Source: Octopus vulgaris
Taxonomy: Eukaryota
Direction: 5' to 3'
Assembly (NCBI GenBank): GCA_951406725.2
Contig: OX597823.1
Location: 66,030,001-66,094,000, forward strand
Length of the DNA: 64,000 nucleotides
The translations under genes and the position numbers were made by a program. The notes beneath the pieces are model-generated. The model saw only the letters and a list, made by a program, of their open reading frames with translations. It did no database searches and was not told where the DNA came from. Below are positions 39,882-52,725 of the stretch, in pieces; position 1 is the stretch's first letter, and each line of letters begins with the position of its first letter.

Positions 39882-40625
39882 TTAGGTTGTCAGATACAAT
39901 CGTTCTTTTATTTTCAATGTTATTTGAAAAAAGATCTGTACGATAAAAATGTTTTCTCTTTAAAACATTTTTTTTATCGAACCGCTTTATTTTTTGTGTG
40001 TGGTATCTCTGTTCTTCCTCTATAACTTTGTTTGTCACTTTCGAAATGGGGATAAATTTTAAATGTTTTACCAGTTACGATAAACAACTGAAAAGTAGAA
40101 GAAAAATTGTGTATTTTAGATATCTGCTTCTCTTCTGATTTCAGTCACGGTTCCAAAGGTGCAAAAGCCACTTGAGGGATTTGTTGGGAGATCTTTACTG
40201 TGTATGGACGCAGCTTTGTTCCTGAAAGTCAGACAGAAAAGAAAGGTTCTTCAGGGAGGGGTAATTCCATTTTACAGAATCACTGCGTACCATTCGATTT
40301 GTTCAGATGAATGAGGATCGAGTAAACGAACTGCTAAGTGGGACTGTGTCATTACACTCGGGACTAAAATGGCTATTTAAACGCTTCATTTAAAAGCTCC
40401 GTTGCCTCATCATATTCTCCCGGTACAGTAGTTTTACATTATTAATTTTTCGATCTCTCTTCAATAGTCTGCCAGCAGTTCGTACAACATTGATGTGGAG
40501 CTAAAAGAGCGGTTCATTGTCGTCTTCGCGACAAAACCTAACGATTTCTAATATCAGGGCATTGGACAAAATGGTGAAACTTTGGCAATAAGTCATGCAG
40601 TAGAATTTAAAATATAAATGACTTT
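39882..40625 (+). mobile_element. mariner remnant, internally deleted
   Basis: TA followed by TTAGGTTGTC resembles the TIR at 22152. Broken N-terminal peptides YFRYLLLF*F / HGSKGAKAT*GIC and MNEDRVNELL match the mariner HTH region. Confidence 0.6.
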
Positions 40626-40710
40626 GCTATAGATTGATTTCTACAAATTCAACTTGCTACAAACTTAATTTGGTACAAATTTAACTTGCTACAAATTTAC
40701 TTTGGTACAA
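40621..40710. repeat. Minisatellite, ~16-17-bp unit (TTG[C/G]TACAAATTTAAC), about 5 copies
   Basis: Direct read. Confidence 0.8.
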
Positions 40711-41045
40711 CCTAGCCTTAGTGACCCAAAGAAAGTTTTAATTTGTGTCAGGAAGGTGAGCAAATATTAATTGAAAGCTAACATTTCTTCCAACGTTCAA
40801 AATTTTAGTTATTACATGAAATTTACATTAATTTATCGATTTTGAGTCCAATATTCCAGCAGTCTCTGTTTCATTCATAAATACATGCATATGTATGCTC
40901 GTACGTATGTTTGTATGCATGCATGTATGTATAAAAGATACAAAAAATATATTAATGGTTAACGTAATGATGAATTATCACGGATTATGATAAAGAATTA
41001 CGTGATTGAAAGTTATAAGTGCATACGGATTAATGGTTTTGAATA

Positions 41046-41118
<73 letters not shown>

Positions 41119-41406
41119 CGCAGCATAAGTAGCAGCGGTGGTGGTGGTGGCAGGAGGAGGGGATAATGGAGAATGGAAAGAATATAATGAAAACGGCGTT
41201 AAATTACAAGAAAAGTTATGAAAGACTTAACTAATTAGAAGAAGAAACGGATTATGTAATTAAAAACAAAAAATCACATAACAATGAGCAAATCTTTTAA
41301 ATAAATCCAATTATCTATAAAAGCAAAAGCCATAGTGATTAGTAGTGCATACTGTGAGGTACCTACACAGAAGTAGGACAAAATATCTAAACCTATCACT
41401 CTATCA

Positions 41407-41474
<68 letters not shown>

Positions 41475-41919
41475 GACTGTTTATCTATGTTTGAGTATAT
41501 ACATATAATTGTTGATGGGGTATCATAGATATTTTATTGCAAACTTGTTCCCTAGATTCCTAAGTTCATATACACATGCATTTTCATATCCACAAGTATT
41601 TTCTCTGAATTATATGATGTCATGAACATGTGTTATGCATATAAATGTGTGAGTTAGGGAATCCAGCATAAAATCGCGTGAGTATATGTCTTTGATGTAT
41701 AAAGCATAATGTTCTAGTGCGGAGTATAGTGAAAAATTTTGGTAGCATTTTTAACCCACAAGTGAGAAGCGAGTATCTATCAGTTTGAGAGATTTTCTAT
41801 ATTTAAATACTAGGAATTATCCACGTGTCATTGTATGTATATATATATATATATATATATATACAGTATTTTCATTATTTGCATTTGACGGATATTTGTT
41901 GTCATCTTGTTCTTTGTCA

Positions 41920-41960
41920 ACACATTTCGGCTGTTATACCCTGCAGCCTTCATCAGGTGT
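41920..41960 (-). ncRNA. Minimal hammerhead motif with collapsed helix III, in a short element (~41866-42030)
   Basis: Minus strand: ACAC-CUGAUGA-A-GGCUG cagggtataa CAGCC-GAAA-U-GUGU. Perfect helices I and II and an intact core, but no helix III palindrome. Confidence 0.7.
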
Positions 41961-42040
41961 ATTGGGGAAATTTCGAACCTGGATTCTCATTCTTAAGTTA
42001 TTTTTTCGATGTTATTATAATAATAAGAATTATTATTATA

Positions 42041-42075
<35 letters not shown>

Positions 42076-43028
42076 GTTTTTTCCTTCTTTCTTCAAATTT
42101 TCTTCTGTTTCTCGCCGAGTGTTTTCCATACACCTAGGGCAGAGAAGCTCATTGTATGCATTCCCAGATTACACACGCAAATTCACATATAAAATATGTA
42201 TTCAAAAATTAATAACTAAATAAATTTCTGGATGGATGTTGTGTTCACAGCGATAATGCTCTTCTCAGTACATGAGCCGTTCCAGTTAATACGATTTTTT
42301 GCACTTCCTGTAGGGATGGTATGCCTGGAATCCTTTTCAAATAGGTTTCAGTACCTTTTTTTATCATTCCTAGAGATCCTACAATCACTGGTACTGTAGT
42401 CGCCTTGAGATGCCACATTTTTTCAATTTCTATTAGCAGGTCTTTATATTTACTAATCTTGTCAAATTCTTTCGCTGCTATATTGTGATCGCAAGGGATA
42501 CTCATGTCAATTAATAGACACATATTTTTTGTCTGATCTTTTATAACAATATCCGGTTTATTAGCTTTTATAGTATTGTCGGTTTGTACGGGGAAGTCCC
42601 ATAGAATCGACACATTTTCTCCCTCAGTCACAGCTTCAGGGTGGTGTTTATACCATTTGTCAGCGGTTTTGATTTTATAATACCGACATATTGTCCAATG
42701 TAATACTGGCCGACTCTGTCATGTCTTGCTTAATATTATGCAGGTGCTAAGACTCTACACCCTGAGATTAGGTGGTCTATTGTTTCAATCTCATCGGTAC
42801 AGAATCAGCATTTTGGGTCAGCTGCATTTTTTATCACGTTGGCTTGGTAGTTCCGGGTTAATAAGCTTTGGTCTAGAGCAGCTAATATGAAACCTTCACT
42901 CTCTGTTTTAGCCCTGAGCTTCGTAACCATTCGTGCGTGTGTTTCTGGTCGACATCAGCTTGATCAATTTTGTGGGTATCTAAGAGATCAGCAGCGAATT
43001 TTTTGCTCTCTTTGAGAATAGAGTGAAG

Positions 43029-43035
<7 letters not shown>
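42076..43035 (-). mobile_element. R4/Dong-clade non-LTR retrotransposon, 3' portion
   Basis: Broken CCHC knuckle (KC*FC..ETIDHLISGC), RHD motif and REL endonuclease ILWDFPVQTD..NKPDIVIKD..CLLIDMSIP..KISKYKDL. Flanked by (ATT)n at ~42030-42074 and ~43035-43106. Confidence 0.92.
42245..42631 (-). pseudogene. Restriction-enzyme-like (PD-D/ExK) endonuclease domain of R4/Dong ORF
   Basis: 128-aa open frame with KPDIV..LID..K..KY. Upstream frames are interrupted. Confidence 0.9.
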
Positions 43036-43085
<50 letters not shown>

Positions 43086-44204
43086 CATTATTATTATTAT
43101 TATTATACCTAAAATCTCCAAGAAATTTAATAAACAAAAAATATGCCGTTCTTACTCCAGCATAGAAGTTACTAAGCTTTTCAAGAAGATAAACATTGTT
43201 ACAGAGGCTGCCTGTCACTGATTATTATTTTTGTTTTTATGTGGTCAGTTTTAATTTATAGACTAGTTTATCAAAGCACTTGTATATCTAAGGCTGTGAC
43301 AACAGAGGGCAGTATCTGTTAGGGGTAGGGTTGAGGGAGCAGACAGAAATGATAGTTGGTATAGTCATAAAAATCAAGATTTATTTGAAGCAACATCATG
43401 AGGTTTGGTAAAGGAAAACTTAAAACAAAATGTTAGCTGACAATTAATTGGGTCACCCACTAGCAGGCCATTGATAATGAAACAGGAGAAGTCTTATCAT
43501 GTAGTACTATAGTTAAATATTTTAAACAATGTTGCTATATTGTATATAGTTTAAGTTTAGTGCTATTCAGAGGATTATTAAAAATATATTATAACTAAAT
43601 GATAGAAATTTATGAATACTTTTAAATATATACCCAACTTTTACCACAATATAGGGAAGAAAACAAATTATCCAGAAATAGTTTAATATTTATACATATT
43701 GTACACTTAAATACTAACTCATCAGATGGTATCTGTGAATATTGATTAATTGATAAATACAGATATTAATAAAGGAGTATTGAGGTAAAGGAACATGCTA
43801 ATTATATATTGATAAAATTATAATCTAGGCAGTTTTTCATAAGTAGAGAATATACCATTATATTAGCTAAGTATGAATTTATAGAGATACAAAAATTAAA
43901 TTAATTTTATAAATAAATAAGGGCTAATTATAAAATAATAAAGAAATGAAATAATCAATTAGGGCATATCACCATAGAAAAGGAAATAAAATAGATTAAT
44001 TACTAATACTATGGTAAATTATATGTAGCTTATTAGCACCAATAGAGATTTTTAGAAAAATATAATAATTCAAAATATGTTAGACTAAAAAATATATATT
44101 TACTTATTTAGCTAACATCAATAAAATACTGATGTCTAGTATCAGTTAAAGGAATATTTAAGTTATGGAACAATCATATTTTACACTGATCTTTTTTTAA
44201 AAAT

Positions 44205-44532
44205 GCTTCGGCAAAGTTCTTTTACTACAGCTTTCGGCCGACCAAAGCCATGTCAGTGGATTTGGTTGACTGGAACGGAAAGCCGTCTGTCCTATATATA
44301 TTTTTTTTATGTACTTGTTTCGGTGTTTGTTTCCCCGCCACACACACACAATTGCTTAGAAAACGATATTGGTGTGTCTATGTCCACGTACGTTAGCGGT
44401 TCGGTAGAAGATAACGATAGTATAAGCACCACGCGTAGAATGTATAACTTCAGGGGTAGATTTCTTCAACTAAAAGGCGGTACTCCAGGATGGCCACACT
44501 CAAATGACTGAAACAAGTAACAGAGTAAAAGG
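44205..44532 (+). mobile_element. SINE family A, 5'-truncated
   Basis: CGGCCGACCAAAGCC..GTGGATTTGG..TTAGCGGTTCGG..AAATGACTGAAACAAGTAA. Confidence 0.85.
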
Positions 44533-44643
44533 GTAATATATGTGTGTGTGTGTGTGTGTGTACGTTATTTATTATATATATATATATTATTTATATTATT
44601 ATTTGCCGCACAGCCATTCCCAAGTAAGTTTATATTTCTCATT

Positions 44644-44676
<33 letters not shown>

Positions 44677-44709
44677 ATGTGTGTGTATGGAGATATATAC
44701 ATTTATCTA

Positions 44710-44995
44710 GTAGCCTCTTGCCGACCAAAGCCTTGTGAGTGGATTTCGTAGACGGAAACGGAAAGAAGACCGTCGTATATATGTATATTTGTGTGTGTGT
44801 GTGTTTGTACCCACCATTGCTTGACAACCGATGTTGCTTTTGTTTACATTTCCATCCATAACTTAACGGTTCATTAAAAACACAGATGGAATAAGTACTA
44901 GGTTTACAAAGAATAAGTCCTGTGATCGATTTGTTCGACCAACGGCGGTGCTCCAGCATGGCCGCAGTCACACGACTGAAACAAGTAAAAAAAAA
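44710..44995 (+). mobile_element. SINE family A, 5'-truncated
   Basis: GCCGACCAAAGCCTTGTGAGTGGATTT..GGCGGTGCTCCAGCATGGCCGCAGTCA. Confidence 0.88.
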
Positions 44996-46770
44996 TGACT
45001 ATGTCACGAGCAAGACCAAGTATCTCTACTAATAGTCTATAAATGATATTCTCTAAACCAATGCACCATCAGTTAATTTCAAGGATTTTCCTATGCAATC
45101 ATTAGAGCCTAACTTCCGCTGTACTAGGCAAGTGTTTTTTATGTGTGATATGAAAACGATCTGTTTCCTGGGATGGAAACTGAATGCAGGGAACTGGTAG
45201 TCACTAGTGTAGTCTGTACTTTTATTTGACAGTGAGTAGTCCGAGGAACTTTTTAATGATATATCGTTTATAAAATACGCTAGCAATTGCAGTCCTCTTC
45301 AATAATTAGCGCGTCGGAATAAATGCCTTAGAATATGAAATTTCAAAATATATTTTGTCAATTGTGAGTCGCTATCTCTAGGTAATAGCCACAGATTAAT
45401 TGCTTTCCGTTTTGTTTTGTTTTTGTTTCTGAAAATTGCTATCAGCAGTCATAATAAACGAGATCAAAGTAACTTACTGGATTTCTAATTATATGAAATC
45501 CTTACAAATTTAAATTAATTAAAAACATGAGAAACAATTTCACAACAATGAACTTCGTTTTAACATTGTTGTTGCTGAATTACGCAGTCCAGAGACGAAA
45601 GAGTATATTATCGTTGGTTCATTTAACAAAGTATTATTTACTTACTATTGATCGGGGGGATAGCAAGGTTCAAATTTTAATGTCACCTGTCCAAAAATTG
45701 GTGCATTAATTTCCAGCAATATAAAGATGACAATGCAATTAATTGATTACTACCAACACAGTTAAAGGCCTTGTAAATAGAAATCAATATTTTCAAAGCT
45801 ACAGGAAGGTAAGGGAAAATAATAATAGGCCAAACTAAATAAACAGAAGAAATTATGATAATAATTTTTTTGTTTTTTCATTTTGGTAGGGTGGTTACTT
45901 TATCACTTCCTTTTTTATAATTCTTAAGCGATGATACTAATACTGTCATACATTTCTGTCGTATTTGTTACCCGCATCATTTGGTTATCGACTTGTGACA
46001 GAATATAACCTTAATATTTCCTTAGCTTGAAATATATATTATTTTTGTACGTTTCTGAAACTCAACCGGTTACCATGTTTTCCTCAGTCACGGGATGAGA
46101 TTATTTGGAAAAACATGGTTTGGGCTTTTTATCTTATACGTTGGCATTATATTTACTTTTATAGTTGATTTTCTTGGGTACCTAAGTATATAAACGACTA
46201 CGAAAAGTTTAACTTGATGTTCACTCCAGTGACTGACGTTGACCATTATCGCAATAGGTGTTGGCATTCAGTTGCATGTTTTCATATTCTGCCAGTCAAT
46301 ATGATTTTGATTGTGGCCTGTGGTTTTGATGGCACTATTTATTATTTTGGATGTTGTTTCTGTTTCTGCTTTTATATCCATTTTTTAAATAGATGGTCCT
46401 CCTGCCCATAAATGAAACGTTGTCGCAATCTGGGCGCCAGAGTGCACTCATATTATCTTCTGTGCTTTTAGAATGAAACGTTTCGGAGTGTCATTTATAT
46501 TTGTAGATGTTATTATTTCCGCGAAAGTTTAGATACTGTAGCGAGTAGATCATCTGCACATCTTACTAATGTGTGGTCTTATCCAAATCTAAGATACTTG
46601 GAACTTTTCTTTCTCTTTAAGAGTAATTTCTGATCTACTAAACATGATAAAATATTTCTAAGAAATTTACTAGAATTTTAATTATGTGCACTATGCACAC
46701 ATTTAGATTAATGAAAAATAATACCATAATAATCAATCTCGTATTAGAGGTTCATCGCATCGGTCTTTCT

Positions 46771-46966
46771 GGTACTAGTTTGTGGTTGTTGATGCATTAT
46801 CCTTCAATATTTCTCCAGTATCCACTGCATCACAATATTTCCACAAGCATTTCAAAAACTTGTATTCATATGTTTTTTAGTATTTACAAATCTGAAAATG
46901 TGTTAGCATCAGTATTTTGTGGAAGAAAATGCCATAATTCTCTTAGTTTATTACTGCACTGATCAT
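46771..46966 (+). repeat. ~195-bp dispersed direct repeat, copy 1 (partner 49918-50113), probably old LINE debris
   Basis: GGTACTA.TTTGTGGTTGTTGATG.ATTATC..CTGCATCACAATATTTCCACAA.CATTTC..TCTGAAAATGTG..CATCAGTATTTTGTGG..CACTGATCAT is present in both copies. Confidence 0.85.
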
Positions 46967-47202
46967 TCATTCATGGATGCGAGAGGGATTTTCTGTTATC
47001 ATAAGAATTGAATCCGATGTCGTAAGTCTGTCCATTTTTCGGATTCAAGGAATTTGGTATTGGTGGCCTAAGTAGTTGGAAATATTGGTGAATAGACGAA
47101 TTCGGATACGCCTCAGGTGATATGGTGATTGAATTTTATCTTTATCTATCTATCACAGTTAATGTTTCTGTAGAGATGCGTAGTGTCTCTTCTGCAGAGA
47201 TG

Positions 47203-48768
47203 TAGTTAGTTAGTTAATTTGGCTCAAAAGCAAATAGCAAGGCCATGTAGGGGGACGTGGAGTTAAGTACAGGGTGGTGTTCATGTAAAGAGTTCAGGCC
47301 ACTTGAGGTCCAGGGAGGCTTTGAACAAAGCGGTCGTCGGCATCTTCACCATCTCGTCTGGCAGCTTGTTCCACGGATCCGCAACCCGGACGGAGAAAGC
47401 TCCTCTCCTTCGATTGAGATGAAATCGTCGCAGGTAGAGCTTTTCGGAATGACCCCGCAGCCGACGCTCTGGAGCAGGAGTGAAGAACAGCTCTTTCGAG
47501 AGGTTACACTTTCCGCTTATGATGTTGTGGGCGAGAATGAGATCACCACGGCGGCGGCGTTTTTCAAGAGAATAAAGGTCGAGCGTCCTCAGCCTTTCTT
47601 CGTAGGACAAATTTTTGAGACCATGAACCATGCGGGTAGCCAGCTTCTGGACTCTTTCGAGATGCTGTATGTCTTTGAGGAGATAAGGAGAAGAGGCTTG
47701 AATCCCATACTCCAATATGGGTCTCACCAGCGTGACATAGAGTGGTAGGAATATGGCTGCTGTGAGCATTCCGAATGACCGTCGAATCAAGAACAGAATT
47801 CCGCGTGCTTTGTTGGCAGCATGGACGCACTGGGCCGAAGGCGAAAAGGAGGAATCCACCAAGATACCCAGGTCCTTTACCTGATCGGTCCTCTCCAGCA
47901 GCAGACGACCCGGCTCGAAATCAAGTTGAGTTGCAGGAGTAGAGCCGACAGGCAGATGACAGCACTTTGACACGTTCAGACACAGGTCCCAATCGTTAGA
48001 CCACTTCCAAATTTGGTGGAGGCATCGACGAAGATCCTCTATATTACCGCGAGGAGCGACCAGTTTGATACCGTCGGCAAATAGAAGGGTGTGTTGCGTG
48101 AGGTCGTCGGGCAAGTCATTTATGAAGACTAAGAACAACAAGGGCCCAAGAACTGAACCTTGAGGCGCGCCACTGCTCGCACTGGAGACGTCGGACCGCG
48201 AACCATTAACTTGGACTTGGAAGGAGCGATCTGAGAGGAAGGCACCAACCCATCGTATAATATCCGGATGGAAACTATATGCTTGAAGCTTGACAAGTAA
48301 TAGGCGGTGGTTTACCGAGTCAAAAGCTTTGGCAAAGTCCAATAAAACGATGTCAACAGCATCACTATCATCGAGGATGCGCGTCACCAATTCTTCCATT
48401 ACTAGTAAGTTGGTCAAGCATGATCTCTTCGGCACGAAGCCGTGTTGGGAATCAGAGATAGAGGCTGTGTTTAGGAGGTGGAGCATCATACTTTTCTTAA
48501 GGATGGTTTCGAACATCTTGCTGATTATTGATGTAAGGGAAACCGGTCGGTAGTTAAGCGGGTCTTCGCGGCTCCCTTTCTTGAAAATTGTGCAGATTAT
48601 CGCTGTTCTCCAGTCTGCAGGTATAACACTCGTCGCCAATGACATATTGAATAGTCGTGTTAAGGGCTCGCAGATGACCGGAGCCAACGCTTTGATAACC
48701 CGGGGTGTATGCCGTCAGGGCCGTGACCCTTGTTGACATCGAGGCCTTGAATAACACGTTTGACTTCG
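47203..48768 (-). mobile_element. CR1-group LINE (second family), 5'-truncated, (ACTA)n tail
   Basis: GC-richer block with a 468-aa RT frame, ~65-bp 3' UTR and AACTAACTAACTA tail. 5' end reads EVKRVIQGLDVNKGHGPDG before a frameshift. Confidence 0.93.
47281..48687 (-). pseudogene. LINE reverse transcriptase domain with mutated catalytic motif
   Basis: NYRPVSLTS, QHGFVPKRSCLTNL, LDFAKAFDSVNH, SGAPQGSVLGPLLF, FADG (instead of FADD), VRPILEYG, RLRGH. Confidence 0.93.
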
Positions 48769-49917
48769 TAATGTATTTTGTGTGTAACGTTTTTCTCTGC
48801 TTAGTATACTTTTCGTGGTTGCATCTGGAAACGTGTTGGGACTTAATGAACGTGCGTAATATTTTATTATTGTGGCATATTACTTTGATATTCGATATAA
48901 AAGCATCTGTTGGTATAGTTTTCCTGCTACCAGTTATTTTGTATAGTCTCCAATTGCTTTTTTCAAGATTAATACTCAGTATATTTGCCTCTTTTCATCT
49001 TTTTTTCCTTGGTTTCCTTTTTGCGGTGTTCTTACTGAGTTGTTGAATGCTATAATTTATTTACTTTTTGCATAGAATTGGCATGTGAAGTTTGGAGCTA
49101 TCTATAACGCTGGTTGACATTTAATTTCAATTATAGAAATAGATTTTCATTTTTTAAATCGCAGATTCTTGAATTGTTACATTGAATAAATTTTAAAGCA
49201 AAGTTGGGGGGTCTCCATATTTATTTTGAATTCTGATATTCTTCTCTTATACTGTTAGCAGTTTATTGTCCACATGAAGTTGAGTTGTCAGAATTTGTAA
49301 GCAGAAATCGGTGTGTAAATGAATTTTAATTTGCTGGATAGTTTACGATATCGCAGTGCTTCAGTTGCTGACTTGAATACCGTGGTATTTTGACAGTTCT
49401 AGTGATAACGTTTCTGGATTATTCTAGTAATATTTTCGTTTGCTTTATGTGGCAGCTTATGTTGAAACCAATGAAATACCATTCAATATCTAGACATTAA
49501 TACGTGATGTATTGTTTGGAAAGAAATACTCGTGGTGCTGTTGGTGTCATCATAAGCGAAATATGCATATGATGCTTAAAATGTTTCAGGTTCGTGTGAC
49601 AGTTTTATAGGGAATATTTAAATTTGTTAGTAAAATTTAATACTGTTAGACAGTTATTTCTAGTAACTATGTAATAGTGAACTGACGTTGTACGTATTTG
49701 TTGGAATATCGCCTTTCAGTGATTCTTCAAAATGATATATGGTTGGCATTTAGAATTTGAAGTATCGTATGATGAAGGCATAATATTTTTTCAGCTGTTG
49801 GAATGGGGAGGTTTTGACGACATGCGATAGGTTCATTGGCTGGTCGCACTGCCGTAGCAAAAGCACATCATGTAAATTATTACAGCGAATAAAAATATCA
49901 TGTACATTTGATAGTTT

Positions 49918-50113
49918 GGTACTAATTTGTGGTTGTTGATGTATTATCATTCAATATTCCTCCTGTCTCCGCTGCATCACAATATTTCCACAAACATTTC
50001 AGAAGCAGGTTTTGGTATGTTCTTTTAGTATTTACATATCTGAAAATGTGCTAACATCAGTATTTTGTGGAGAAAGTGCCATTATTCTATTAGTTTATTA
50101 TTTCACTGATCAT
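49918..50113 (+). repeat. ~195-bp dispersed direct repeat, copy 2
   Basis: See 46771-46966. Confidence 0.85.
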
Positions 50114-50187
50114 AGTTTGTCTATTGATTACAGTTTGGTGTGAAATATTTGAATATTTATATGTCTGTAATATTTTGTGTACAGATA

Positions 50188-50312
50188 GGCGCAGGAATGG
50201 CTGTGTGGTAAGTAGTTTGCTTACCAACCACATGGTTCGGGGTTCGGTCCGACAGCGTGGCACCTTCGGCAAGTGAGTGGATTTGGTAGACGGAAACTGA
50301 AAGAAGCCCTTC

Positions 50313-50361
<49 letters not shown>

Positions 50362-50593
50362 TGTATATGCATGTGTTTGTATATGTGTGTGTGTGTGTGT
50401 CACCCCAATATCGCTTGACAACCGATGTTGGTGTTTTTATGTCCCAGTAACTTAGCGGTTCGGCAAAAGAGACCGATAAAATAAGTACTAGGCTTACAAA
50501 GAATAAATCCTGAGGTCGATTTGCTCGACTAAAGGCGGTGCTCCAGCATGGCCGCAGTCAAAAGGATTGAAACAAGTAAAAGTGTAAAAGAGT
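50188..50593 (+). mobile_element. SINE family A, short internal deletion
   Basis: GGCGCAGGAATGGCTGTGTGGTAAGTAG head, central (TA)n(TG)n and full tail. Confidence 0.92.
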
Positions 50594-51185
50594 AGAGAGA
50601 GTAGATAAGATGTAGACACTAAATGTTGAATATTTGCAATTGTTCCGGTAAGATATTTAACGTGTTTGTCTGTTTATATATAAGTAGTCGACGTTTTATA
50701 TTATTTGAATGTTTGTATAAGAGTATTTTATTTCAATTATTTATTGTATTTGGTACGGATATATATAAAATCTCAACCTTTCCAACTATTTATTTTATTT
50801 CGTACATAAATGTATAGAATTTTAACTTATTGAGTTATTTCTTATATTTTTAAAGAAATTCATAAAATAACGCACACACAAACACTTACGTATATTTCCT
50901 TCATAGTAAGATATTGTCAGGGAGTGCGTATGTTCACCGGCTGTAAAGAAGAATGTCTGCCGAATGTATGCCCCAACAATACCATGAGTCTGTAGATAGT
51001 TCAGAAGAAGCGACCATCTACAATCATTAAATATAGTGCGTATGTACTTAAACAATGAAAACTAACGTAGGCCCCCACATATAATTCATTTTCTAAAACG
51101 TTTTAGTTCTTTGCTCGAAATGTCTGACTTCGTAAGCATTTAGCAGCATTAATTCTGTTGCTGCTGCTACTACTACTACTACTAC

Positions 51186-51226
<41 letters not shown>

Positions 51227-51923
51227 TTAATAATAATAATAATATTAATAATAATAATAGTAATAACGATAATAATATTTATAATAATAACAACAACAAC
51301 AACAACAATAATAATAATAATAATAATAATAATAATCATAATAATAATAATGATAATAATTGTTACGTGTATATCTTTCCTTGCAATGATTAGGTGTGTT
51401 CTATAATGTAAGTAGTTTCGTAAAGCTTTTCTTTTCCGGAATTTTATACTATTCAACCAATTCAGTTATATCGCTTCACTAAAGTTGGAGAATGACGTTT
51501 CACGGATGTAATCTCTATATATGGAAACTGTCAGTTCTGCATGTGCACTCGATGCACCGATTATATTGATTCTCTGTCAGACGTTCTTATAGGCTACGTA
51601 ATATTGGGAGGATATTCTTTGAAACACTTTATACCCCTCATTAATGAAACAATCAACACACACACACACACACGTGCACACACAAACAGGCAGACACACG
51701 CACAAAAATAAGCACGCATACACATACACAAACAGGCACACAATCACAGACGTATGTACTGTATTTACAACGGTCAGAATTGCTAACGTGCGAACGAACG
51801 TTATCATTGAAAACACTTATTGGAATACAGAATGTAATTTTTAATCCTTCCAGCAGAAAAACTTTTTACGATAAAGAGATGCTGCTATATATATTCAAGT
51901 GACTTATATAAGCATACATGTGC

Positions 51924-51978
<55 letters not shown>

Positions 51979-51982
<4 letters not shown>

Positions 51983-52181
51983 TGTATGTCTGCGCTTGTT
52001 CCCCCAATATAGCTTGACAACCGATGTTTGGGTGTTTATGTCCCTGTAACTTAGCGGTTCGGCAAAAGAGACCAATAGAATAAGTATTAGAGTTATAAAG
52101 AATAAGCCTTGGGGTCGATTTGCTCGACTAAAGGCGGTGCTGTCGCATTGTCGCAGTCAAATTACTGAAACAAATAAAGAA
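51979..52181 (+). mobile_element. SINE family A, 3' half
   Basis: GCTTGACAACCGATG..TAACTTAGCGGTTCGGCAAAAGAGACC..GGGGTCGATTTGCTCGACTAAAGGCGGTGCT. Confidence 0.9.
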
Positions 52182-52196
52182 TATGCATACATATAT

Positions 52197-52239
<43 letters not shown>

Positions 52240-52241
<2 letters not shown>

Positions 52242-52380
52242 GCGTCCACATAGTGGATTCTTTCTCATAGTTTTGTATTAATAATATTTACTGAATCCCA
52301 GTCTTTTATACGCTAGACCACTTGGTGTTTAGATTGGTGTTATTAAATTAATATCCAATTTTTTCACCCTTATTTTGACT
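52240..52380 (+). mobile_element. Fragment of the 17.2-18.0 kb hammerhead element family
   Basis: GTCCAC.TAGTGG..CTGAATC..GCTA..CCACT.GGT.TT..ATT...CACCCTTATT aligns with 17900-18038 and follows (TA)n. Confidence 0.65.
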
Positions 52381-52391
52381 TTAATTATATA

Positions 52392-52725
52392 GGCGCGTAG
52401 CTCAGTGGTTAGAGCGTCGAGCTTACGATCGTGAGGTTGTGAGCTCGAATCCCGGACCGAGCTGCGTGTTGTGTTCTTGAGCAAGACACTTTATTTCACG
52501 TTGCTCCAGTTCACTCAGCTGTAGAAATGAGTTGCGACGTCACAGGTGCCAAGCTGTATCGGTCCTTGCCTTTCCCTTGGATAACATCGGTGACGTGGAG
52601 AGGGGAGGCCGGTATGCATGGGCGACTGCTGGTCTTCCATAAAACAACCTTGCCCAGACTTGTGCCTCAGAGGGTAACTCTCTAGGTGCAAACCCATGGT
52701 CTGTGTCTGACCGAAGAGGGTCACC
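52392..52725 (+). mobile_element. tRNA-derived CORE-type SINE (family B1)
   Basis: GGCGCGTAGCTCAGTGGTTAGAGCG (A box) and GAGCTCGAATCCC (B-box-like), then TGTGTTCTTGAGCAAGACACTT..CCAGTTCACTCAGCTGTAGAAATGAG resembling the CORE/MIR central domain. Confidence 0.85.

Noticed and set aside
40621-40710. Short repeat array as a CRISPR candidate
   Set aside because: Contiguous tandem units without unique spacers, in a eukaryotic context with no cas genes.
47257-48757. Alternative and antisense ORFs over the CR1 copies (also 36957-37649)
   Set aside because: Shadow frames of the RT sequence.
52392-52462. Apparent tRNA gene
   Set aside because: The acceptor and anticodon stems do not pair properly and the sequence continues into a SINE core, so it is a SINE head.
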